Below are positions 30,001 to 34,969 of a stretch of 43,699 nucleotides of DNA, one piece after another. Numbering within the stretch: the stretch's first letter is position 1; every line of letters starts with the position of its first letter. The position numbers were made by a program, and so were the translations under genes. Under the pieces are notes generated by a model. It saw only the letters and a program-made list of their open reading frames with translations, had not been told where the DNA came from and made no database searches. The stretch comes from a virus (lineage: Duplodnaviria > Caudoviricetes): the IMG/VR virus record IMGVR_UViG_3300005590_000018, positions 1 to 43,699 of that record; one strand, given 5' to 3'.

Positions 30001-31707
30001 CATTGGTCGCTCGATCTTACGCTCGGCACGTTTGCCCGCACATTCCGGCTTGGGGCGACTGGACTGCAGCCAGCGTTTGCCCTTCTCACGAACCCAGAGC
30101 GAGATACGCCAACCTTGTTCTCGCAGAGCATCACCAAAGCGGGGCCGGTCAAGATGCTTGGCGCATTGGCACGGTCGTTTGCAGAAGGTTTCATGGTCCA
30201 GATGGGCCGCGACCGATCCAAGTACCCGTACTACAACCTGTTCTATGGATGGGGTCTGGAAATGGCTCAGTTCTCCGGGCAGGATGTTCGGGCACAGAAA
30301 CGGGCGGCACGGCGGCTTTTCGAGGGTAAGGCGGTTCGCATCATCGACCCGCGTAATTGGGTGGACTTTCTTCGTGACATACTCCAAATCCCGGAAACGG
30401 CAAACCGGATCACAGAATTGCGCCTGATCCTTGATGAAGCGGGCTGGCGACCCGGCGATCCGATTGACGAGGACTTGATGTTCAAGGCGAAACTTGGATC
30501 GAAGCGGGTGACAACGGATTTCACGTCGCAAGGCCGCATCATGCAGGTAATCAACCAGGTGGTCCCGTTTGTCACAGCGACGATTGGTGGTCAAAGGGCG
30601 TTTGTTCGCTCATTCAAGACGAATCCGAAGCGGGCGGCGACCGCAAGACTTGTTTACGCGATTGCGGCGATACTGTATTGGTGGGAGCGCAAGGATGAGG
30701 AGTGGTACAAAGACCTTGATCCGGACCTCAAGTACACGTACTACTTCTTCCCGATGGGCGATGAAGTGATAATGGTCCCGCGTCAGCACGAATGGGGTGG
30801 TGCGTTCTTCACGATTCCAGAGGCGATCTTTGATTCGGCATACCGGGAGAACCCGGAAACCGTCATGGATGCAATGTCGCACCTGTCCGAAATGATGAAC
30901 CCGCTTGGGCTTCCGGTCCCGGCACAGGTTATTTGGGAGCAGGGAAGGAATTGGAGGGACTTTTGGGACCGACCAATCGTGCCGTTGTCTCTCCAAAGAA
31001 AACCCCCGGAGGAACAGTTCACGCCGTACACGGCTGGCCTTGCGGTTGAGTTGGGACGGATATTTGGTGTCAGCCCGCTACGCATCGAACACGCGATCTA
31101 TGGCGTATTCGCCGGGATCGGTCGGGATGTGATGGACTTGTACGACCTCATGAACCCAAGGGGCGACCGTGTTGAAAGGGAGCAGGAGCCGGCAGACCTC
31201 TACGTTGTCGGTCGTCAGTTCGCCAGGGGCGGCAAGGCGGGCACATCGAGCAGATCAAAAGCGATTGATGACCTCTACGATGCCCTGGGCGAAGCGAGGG
31301 TTCGCTCTGCGAGTGACGCGAATCCAGAAAAGCCGGATGAAAGGGCCAGGAGGCTCATGCTTGAGGATGCCGCCGACGCACTTTCGCTTGTGTCGTTCTT
31401 CCGAAATCAGGAAACAGACAATGACAGGGTGCGCGAGCTGACAATTCTGCAGCGACGGATCGCAAAGACGGCCCTGGACGCGGCGAGCGCTGGTCCGGAA
31501 GCCGTGAGAAACCACCGGGCGCAGTACGACAAGATTGCCCCGCCGAAGCCGTACACGCCAGGGAAGCCGGTAAGCCGAGAAAACAGATCGGTGTCGGCAG
31601 AAAATGCGGACAAGAACGAGTACCCGTTTGAAATGATGCAGACCCGATTCAACGAAGTCATATTGCCAGCACTCAGGAAGAAAACGGAGGATGCCTTCGA
31701 TGAGTAG
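18037..31707 (+). CDS. Giant polyvalent protein (4556 aa): ParB-like, SF2 helicase, N6-adenine MTase, RadC/JAB, ART-PolyVal-like, zincin metallopeptidase, LPD38; DarB-like, probably injected
   Basis: FQPRE..GGHSRLE; NATGTGKT/DESH/FLSATP/EGISLHD/QTEGRAYR; YYATP/LEPSAGHG/MNPPFG; HNHPSGRPAPSRPD; YHGT/GFYLT/EVVVFDPAQVKSATGNNG; HEMGH; WYKDL..KYTYYFFP...VPRQHEWG. Confidence 0.9.
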   Translation: MEPKDPIREARERLRKRGVVTGIRPLSGDQEKPQQESDLVAQARSRIASASVKGQESPATVIPPPSVAETPDHIQETVQTGDPASPRPLPTTVPAPPPGNLAESVDAKAIMRGWFGIYADAVEGFPQLWKTIQAVSAGATPSGNNPNLRAKRSGIVAGKERDAREMIAQTASGESPTAGAAQFVRQFAPEIPQDYANSVRGQIMQGVGSVGAFGTMAAINPLLGLGTGSSAMGASGVKAAKSEGATDPQLVNDAVLNMMGGLLESIPAEAMLARGGQLAIKRAVASDLLEPMVRRLNKLPEAKRKAVSVALGTLEEMSQETFQAIIANIARQDQNPEVEITEGVAEQGGIGGAVGGIVATLTQLLPGKHSINTRSRQGAESDTQTGTDDPDQPSGTEQDEGAAVGPVVRGDVGGDEDAEGVQQGDSELIDVQPVMTDEQRQEFVEEMAQYDSGTLERVAASGQATDEQIQMIRDEIARRASEPDSEDPSEYAKNISTEELEDAVENARDVFTPEEIRAFEQEIERRKNNDDTEAPVGAKPAKPDGITPPDQPQGTYGVSPQTEGGAVPVQGRTDREGVSSTQQVINGGVDVSIEEEPPTPIMSPEDANGGKLSDDPGKDIGGRRGLLTYIGRITLPSSIVGRKIDPDEADLELDRIEIKAERGDITGEWLASTSIAQGMGTGDFAMFKKSLYSNPKQTIQAIRDGIDKARGAKSEKADSVVPKTAKAETPVPDRGQQTGGIDSPGQEVGDGPNNQAASSDQAVSGDSNRDELTSGADTDPETLPVRNVPIASIQTDEGRFQPREALFSEETAKKVATEYDPAKFDPILLWKDPDTGNLIVLGGHSRLEGMKRRGATNIQAKVAEVSEDEARRLAATDNDKATQLEDYERAVYIRGLREQGKTKKEIKEEAESLYGKNAPTVIAYSYLNPEGKALAAVRQFRANTSGEGTDASVMAKWVGEVMGSVPGLSKSQENEIWDYLKAVYKQRDNARTQAGFVDFVRGHIERVSTFGQIPERLNLDRIASKSLQEIEIDRQVRGAEKDLQDAIEQRNSKQNDFNKQKEESSDLTDADVVRALMPYNDAIKAAQANLIRIKQEAGRATREVKNTQSGLFGAIDPAPINDNSIKNDAEALRKAGVDDESIQKAEGQSEATRKRVESFTEALESEVEGQSGPEEESRPSDTEADEVAADDSGEFAVPSLYYEMQEKGIGQHPLMESEARRAREDDTKDGRHKKRFDELKNQIIIARGRSVGLPGPKSWRGAPLMAIQTVQGADGKWMWYHDSSVVSWSGPVRGEFDTEAEAFNAAVSQMLQDVDRYADDTSTGRTKANKVKKWLSKLSVDPTTIDPNAPDVINYTDQRYPDKDLAGNQRWVQYTSDPSSLPPLKVKHGATYAKGLSKMPAQKKPGKDGRGLSHNEVTQIISWVSNKRSEGVPKHARREMELLEQTSGAAGLSEETVTQQRRLFAGVYYGAWRAQIAKDEAEQERIKRKSQAKRGPVEGGIVLGDRLSFVVDGETYTGTAWGDQWIGDTSIDIIPDDIYRFFGTTKYDPNSRGRIAVRRKDVKRVKSPKIDSANPSKEQARKQVEFWQAEWDKLDGIARKMNKKLGYDTKQIKSSRELGAISRARQIVEQRLDEARSVLTRVMDQEDAQSKKIDKAQSELDSLWKDFGDKHGGKLSAGFDPQIAADAARIAAKYAELGYFKFRKYADDAIRMMGEKIRPYLRGAWIQAKTFYAQSGDADMIAMAVKMDDPDTQTEQDNDARIGRDMEADRANGEEPSGRNEGSDDAAGGGVGGSDRQTGVLPAEDGIQPESGVGVPGSTGVDTDLFGGAASSDTTGSGNDSDSGAQQSIFDDAERAPVVRRTSGGTEGGVIVTRSDTDAAKSDETSSGIESRLRAQQEAEGRGVVPADAANIAETVPMLLPEQQEDVLKAETRFEGGGKGFLFTNATGTGKTFTGLGIAKRYSMRGLGRILIVVPTDKKVEDWIQDGKMLNLDISRVEDTTSRLPQGAIITTYANFRQNKEIEKEGFDLVLYDESHKLNQGQNGNLNSGTAQHFITTAHPDWAIQKIVKSDAKSVRLREELDGLHDQQSERAWEIRSEMKAREEELARDAENISDHTKVVFLSATPFGYHGSITYAEGYLFRADKEDDGGYNSSSGLDAYLQANLGYRMRYGKLTRPESGVDQALLERELFERWVRDGVASTRKLEIDRDYSRDFVKVPGGIGVKIDEGIEFLVSGEGRDKYGKLAENLRKKRWTFLSMARLLEGIKAEAAVDRISKHLELGRQVIVFHGYNKGRPEHPFHPKDADTDVMEEYQMFKEERPDLANLDIQGHSNVIDTITQAFGEENVLLFNGKVSKRDRRQNVSEFNSGNAKIIVVQVEAGKEGISLHDKKGDSQRVVMQLGLPVRPTDATQTEGRAYRWGSASDAIFEYPVLGLNFERYIYSDKTGPRTGTAENLAMGNLARGLEVAFKEGYLGAEAVDPNVDQGVGGKDLDSSVVETSEFDRARTLYYMRKKRDARTKSAEGIDYYATPEPLGYKMVEWAGLQPNDDVLEPSAGHGAIARFLPATTNNTLVEPSYALGSELSINAEGNHRMIRFEELHVGGNKFDAILMNPPFGKGGKTAMEHVAKAYKHLRDGGRIIAIVPGGPSMDRRVDKWVDSDESNGAVITWKVLLPSVTFERAGTKVMTHLVIIDKHLDTDRSDRANSVSRSPSTISADSIEDFFSRIQDMGVPDRIPVMARVEAVEKGGSIAMSGMTVTKTTTVNGKDVWEVSGDTYPFKDVLRAAGGRFYRPKKVWSFYDGDPTKRINELLNGADNTIVMEGDEGYFTSPSVRELSGRQGTLKPSMTQIELFRTDFEVKRDLFATSRKDQKNPKRRVGNKEVEPKGHVRLAKAIADEIIEYGTSLIIGKKASTPEDLADLAQIYRDPRVETMRVVVVKDGVVVGHVAFSSRSPNYVNFDKETIGTPDGFVRHVVTSHGGDGYYLIHNHPSGRPAPSRPDIALTHHVSSNVPGFLGHIVIDSSWAAIIRPELVSRLRMITDPLTGMRYLSGDMNPDDYYTRHHIQPENRVDASAWEPASPHGLIGRQIYGTADVEGIATDLKAEAAHIGSKTVAIVLRGSRGDVVGITTVPMQFLDMGARFRAYIRSLKRTMGAPDAIVVGVPEPDGSGPVNYDSVASLIRDHSILDAVAMSGWSYRADGVNPDSEDSVKTNIVRVAEPHPGVTKTERFKEWFGESKVVGRDGSPAVLYHGTVENFDTFKHGASRRRDKGWFGYGFYLTGSPDMASSYAAPEWGSGFQGDRGGGRNVMPLYAAIQNPFYVDIKGLSINDQMNYTDQYGGPRAFTDYVKEKGHDGVIVSRGNATKEGTFFEVVVFDPAQVKSATGNNGDFNPQTQLILFEPGAEYGTSRDAYKAEIEMEDSTGSRGVSALEVMDALAAVVRAAGLHVPFRHGKMGPGGKRSHGFFKTREGVIRTQDALDLITATHEMGHALEKAVYGWLEGSPFNNSNGFTKEMRAELLEMGKALYGDRKPNGGYKREGWAEYIRYLIGAKEGRPQEVAPNLHRWFTTVFLQENPKVAARLETARKLTVQYQKQGAVKRVTRHIEGTDRAIDRVKRIFGTGFLRRAMDFVAKEVTTGMQPLYRLSKEAEKSLGRPLASGEDPFIIAEAHQKTHDAVAEFMVRFGTKDINGNTTGESLEAALETIPKTRKARWEFTAYLYARRAMALWEGVTNPDADGKRKEREPRNPGISYEDAKFVFEKLDSPEFRLAAERVYAWNQRVLEYADPVFGGSLSETTFSGDVGNYIPLKRVFEEMDDAARRASRSKMGGDPLQRLKGSGRRIQDPFTSMIAKAALVVRKTHERQIVNSIVRLYEKAQDLGGLVEQIPRTRLPVQVSVTDVLAQLEEIGFDPIALLDAIPNEVIDALDENPEAIETALRDNPALQEKLTFWMPNFNTPDGSYVAMPTDEGVKWYWMDKSLMEALGALDPTRLHWSLDLTLGTFARTFRLGATGLQPAFALLTNPERDTPTLFSQSITKAGPVKMLGALARSFAEGFMVQMGRDRSKYPYYNLFYGWGLEMAQFSGQDVRAQKRAARRLFEGKAVRIIDPRNWVDFLRDILQIPETANRITELRLILDEAGWRPGDPIDEDLMFKAKLGSKRVTTDFTSQGRIMQVINQVVPFVTATIGGQRAFVRSFKTNPKRAATARLVYAIAAILYWWERKDEEWYKDLDPDLKYTYYFFPMGDEVIMVPRQHEWGGAFFTIPEAIFDSAYRENPETVMDAMSHLSEMMNPLGLPVPAQVIWEQGRNWRDFWDRPIVPLSLQRKPPEEQFTPYTAGLAVELGRIFGVSPLRIEHAIYGVFAGIGRDVMDLYDLMNPRGDRVEREQEPADLYVVGRQFARGGKAGTSSRSKAIDDLYDALGEARVRSASDANPEKPDERARRLMLEDAADALSLVSFFRNQETDNDRVRELTILQRRIAKTALDAASAGPEAVRNHRAQYDKIAPPKPYTPGKPVSRENRSVSAENADKNEYPFEMMQTRFNEVILPALRKKTEDAFDE

Positions 31708-32209
31708 GAGGGTTCCTGACAAATTGAAATCGAGCGCAATCACGCTTTCCCGGTTTGCCATGCAGGGCGGCAGGCGATCAAAGGCCGCTGCCGCCAAGTA
31801 CGCTGCCGAACAAATCCTCGAAATGTACGGGGAGAAGGTGTCTCAGCGGGCTATCGAGAAGTGGATGGATGGGGAGAACGTGGACACCCTGACCATTGAG
31901 GAGGCCATTGAGGACGGTATGCGGATTGCGACCATGTTCCGATCCCTCACGCACGACATTCTTGGTGGCGTGACACCGGCAAAGATTGAGAAGGCCGACT
32001 TGCGGCAACTGATGTTGTCTGCGGCGATTGCCACGGACAAGGCCCAACTCCTGTTTGGGCAACCCACCTCCATCGAGGGTGGACAAGAGGAAAATCCATT
32101 TACAAAGGGGAGAATAGACCATGAGCGGAAAGCGGATCAAGCAGATGAAGCGCAAAGCGCGGCAGGTTCAGGACGCTCTAATCGCGGCAAGCGTGGCAGA
32201 AACGCTTGA
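31700..32209 (+). CDS. terS: Probable terminase small subunit
   Basis: N-terminal HTH (VSQRAIEKW) and AIATDKAQLLFGQPTSIE tail; upstream of TerL; ggagg RBS. Confidence 0.6.
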   Translation: MSRRVPDKLKSSAITLSRFAMQGGRRSKAAAAKYAAEQILEMYGEKVSQRAIEKWMDGENVDTLTIEEAIEDGMRIATMFRSLTHDILGGVTPAKIEKADLRQLMLSAAIATDKAQLLFGQPTSIEGGQEENPFTKGRIDHERKADQADEAQSAAGSGRSNRGKRGRNA

Positions 32210-32396
32210 GGAGCCGCTTGTCGAGAGGATGAAAACCGCCCTGTTTCTGGTTTTCAAGGGCAAGTTGTGGCTTGCGCGGCTGACGGCATGGACAATACTG
32301 ATTGTTGTTGCGGTCAACGTGTATTCGGTTCGGGATGAAATGAGAGAGTTTGTCCAGGGGCCGGTTTCCTTGTTCTTCAAACTCCTGTTCTCATGA
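32121..32396 (+). CDS. Small membrane protein
   Basis: LWLARLTAWTILIVVAVNVY hydrophobic segment; gggaga RBS. Confidence 0.55.
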   Translation: MSGKRIKQMKRKARQVQDALIAASVAETLEEPLVERMKTALFLVFKGKLWLARLTAWTILIVVAVNVYSVRDEMREFVQGPVSLFFKLLFS

Positions 32397-32572
32397 TTAC
32401 CTACACCTACAAGCGCGAAGATGGAAGCACCTTCCAGGTGAAGCAGCGGATTACGGACAAGAAACTTGAAAGGTGTCCGGATACCGGGCAAAAGGTGGTC
32501 AGGGTCATCAACAATGAAATGCCGACGCACTTCTCGCCGGGTCGGCACGGCTGGCCCGGTCAGACCATTTGA
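32393..32572 (+). CDS. FmdB-family zinc-ribbon-like protein lacking the first CxxC (not in the ORF track)
   Basis: MITYTYKREDGSTFQVKQRITDKKLERCPDTGQKVVRVI; ATGA and TTGA overlaps with both neighbours. Confidence 0.7.
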   Translation: MITYTYKREDGSTFQVKQRITDKKLERCPDTGQKVVRVINNEMPTHFSPGRHGWPGQTI

Positions 32573-34632
32573 AGATCAGGGAACGCATAGCAGAAAACGA
32601 GCGGCGCAACGCGGAATTGCACAGCAAGTACGATCCATACGTGGGTATCGGGTCGCACATTGATCGCGTGAGGATCCCGCTTGGGTTTTCGACCGTGATG
32701 CCAACTGGCACGGTCACGGACTGCGTGTACATTCCCCAAAAAATGATCGAGGAGTGCCCCGTTGTTCAAGATGTGCAGAGGGATGGGCTGTCCGAGTGGG
32801 CCAGGAAGAACGGATACGACACCAAAACAGCAGAGTCCAAGTTCAACGAGGTCAGGTATCAGTACGACTTTGAGTTCTGGTGCGTCATGAAGGCAAGGAT
32901 CAGAACGAAGAAGGGGGAGATTGTGCCATTCATCCTCAACAGGCCGCAGCGCATCTATGTTGCAAGGATGGAGGCACAGCGCGAGGCCAGGAAACCCGTT
33001 CGTATCACGGTCCTGAAGCACCGACAATGGGGGTGTACAACCGTTTCGTTCACCTACATTGCGTGGCATCAGATCGAGTTGTGGAAGGGTCGGGATTCCT
33101 GGTTCGTTGGGCTGAACAAGGACGGTGCAGACGATGTGCGAAACAGGTACGATGTGATCCGAGAGGGGTGTGGGCTTCACCTGGTCAACTATGACAGCGG
33201 GGGTACAACAAAGAAGATCCTGGAAAGAGACTGCCTGGTTTCCATCGGGACGGTTGAGAAGCCGAACGCACCATCTGGAAGGCCGGCCCAGTTCGTACAC
33301 CTGTTTGAAGTTGGGAAGTGGCCCTCAAACAATGTCGTGTCCGCAGAGCGCGTGTTTCAGAACGTGGGGGCCATGATGGTCGATCAGCCCGGAACGGTTC
33401 AGATTGTTGAGTCTACGGCCCAGGCATCCACCGGGACTTACTTCAAGGCGATTTGCGACCGGGCGCGGGCGGGGAAATTGGCCTACGACTTCCTTTTCGT
33501 GTCGTGGATTGATGATCCGCAGTATGCAAGGCCCATCGAGTCCGGGGTGGATGAGTTCGTGGCATCATGGTCGGAGTTCCCCCCTGGCGTTGAGTATGCC
33601 GAAACCCTGTGGGAGTTGGGCGCAACGCTCGAGCAGATAAACTGGTATCTGCACCAATCAACAAAAGAGGCGTACATTGACCTGTGGCGACTCATGGAGG
33701 AGTTCCCGTCCACGGCAGACGAGGCGTTTCAGACGGGTGGGAAGCGCGTATTTCCGATTCCGCACGTTCTTACGGCAAAGAAAACGTGCCGCGCACCATC
33801 GCTCATTGGCAACCTGGTGTCAGAAGCGGAAACGGGGGCTGGCGCACTCAGAAACATTGCCTTTGAGCCTGCCCCCAGGGGTCCGCTGTCCGTTTGGAGA
33901 AAGCCTGATGATGACTACGGTGGCCTCCTAAAGAGCCTTCGTATCAGCAATCGGTTCATAATCGGGGTTGATATTGGACCCGGTACATGGGAGGGGGCAG
34001 ACTACCACGACGGGACGGTAATTGATCGCGCCCCCATTCTTTTTGGCGGCTTTCCAGAAGTTGTCGCGGAGTGGCACGGACACCTGGACAAAGACTTGTT
34101 TGCGTGGCAGATAGCAAGGGTCGCGGCATGGTACGACGATGCACTTCTTGCCGTGGAGGTGAACAGTCTGATCGAGGACAACGAAACCCGGTATGATGGT
34201 TCGCTCACAATCCTGGACACGCTCTCCGAACACTACGCCAACCTGTATATACGCGAGGTGTACGATGCGTCAGAGCAGAAGATGACCGACAAGTTGGGCT
34301 TCCACATGAACCCCGCAACAAAGGGCGAGGCTATTGACCAGTTGAAGCGGGGGCTGCGCGAGGCCCACAATCAAGCCGAGGGGCTTCCGGCAGACGGCGG
34401 GCTGATAGAGCGGTGCTTTGAAGCCTGCAATGAATATGACACCTACCTGCACCATGAGGACGGGTCGATGGGGTCCACATCGAGATCCAAGCGGGGAGAC
34501 AGGGTACTGAAGGATGACCGCGTGATCGCAAGAGCAATAGCCATGTTTCTGCACTTCAAGGAGCCATTGCCCACGTACCGCGAGGCGGCGGCCCGTATCA
34601 GAAAATCAGGAGGGATGGTTTCGGGAATATGA
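32569..34632 (+). CDS. terL: Terminase large subunit
   Basis: LNRPQ, Walker A LKHRQWGCTT, Walker B HLFEVGKW, VESTA coupling motif, RNase H-like IGVDIG...AVEVN...DDRVIARAIA. Confidence 0.93.
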   Translation: MKIRERIAENERRNAELHSKYDPYVGIGSHIDRVRIPLGFSTVMPTGTVTDCVYIPQKMIEECPVVQDVQRDGLSEWARKNGYDTKTAESKFNEVRYQYDFEFWCVMKARIRTKKGEIVPFILNRPQRIYVARMEAQREARKPVRITVLKHRQWGCTTVSFTYIAWHQIELWKGRDSWFVGLNKDGADDVRNRYDVIREGCGLHLVNYDSGGTTKKILERDCLVSIGTVEKPNAPSGRPAQFVHLFEVGKWPSNNVVSAERVFQNVGAMMVDQPGTVQIVESTAQASTGTYFKAICDRARAGKLAYDFLFVSWIDDPQYARPIESGVDEFVASWSEFPPGVEYAETLWELGATLEQINWYLHQSTKEAYIDLWRLMEEFPSTADEAFQTGGKRVFPIPHVLTAKKTCRAPSLIGNLVSEAETGAGALRNIAFEPAPRGPLSVWRKPDDDYGGLLKSLRISNRFIIGVDIGPGTWEGADYHDGTVIDRAPILFGGFPEVVAEWHGHLDKDLFAWQIARVAAWYDDALLAVEVNSLIEDNETRYDGSLTILDTLSEHYANLYIREVYDASEQKMTDKLGFHMNPATKGEAIDQLKRGLREAHNQAEGLPADGGLIERCFEACNEYDTYLHHEDGSMGSTSRSKRGDRVLKDDRVIARAIAMFLHFKEPLPTYREAAARIRKSGGMVSGI

Positions 34633-34829
34633 TGCTGAAAGAACAGATGCTCAAGAAGAAGGAGGCTGTTGACGATGCAGCAAAAGAGGCCCGCTTCCAG
34701 GGGGCAAACGCTTTTGAGAGGCTTGTCCGGGCGGGCCAAAAGGGAGACATATTGATTGCCGAGCTGCGAGACGACGGGGTTGTTTTGGTGAAGGATTTTC
34801 AGGGGGGCGCAAAAGCGAGGAGAGGTTAG
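34629..34829 (+). CDS. Hypothetical protein
   Basis: ATGA overlap with TerL. Confidence 0.5.
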   Translation: MMLKEQMLKKKEAVDDAAKEARFQGANAFERLVRAGQKGDILIAELRDDGVVLVKDFQGGAKARRG

Positions 34830-34858
34830 CGAATATCAACGGACCCGATCCGTATAAT
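34830..34858 (+). promoter_or_regulatory. Putative late promoter 3 (head-tail operon)
   Basis: cgaatatcaac-N12-tataat. Confidence 0.72.
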
Positions 34859-34924
34859 GCATCATGCGAACGGCATACTCCGTTTGCGGTCCATGTGACC
34901 AAATCGGCATAGCCACACGGCTGC

Positions 34925-34967
34925 AAGGGCGCGGCTTCACGAAATGTGAGGTCGCGCCTTTTGTTTT
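34925..34967 (+). terminator. Intrinsic terminator-like hairpin in the portal leader
   Basis: aagggcgcggcttcac-gaaat-gtgaggtcgcgccttt (16 bp with G-U pairs) followed by tgtttt. Confidence 0.6.
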
Positions 34968-34969
34968 CT

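Noticed and set aside
18037-31707. Giant gene as a virion RNA polymerase (N4- or crAss-like) or tape measure protein
   Set aside because: No DxDxD/DFDID-type or T7-like polymerase motifs noticed; the motifs present are those of polyvalent proteins
18301-31797. Many 60-250 aa alternative-frame and antisense ORFs inside the giant gene
   Set aside because: They overlap a motif-rich ORF almost entirely, which is expected in GC-rich DNA
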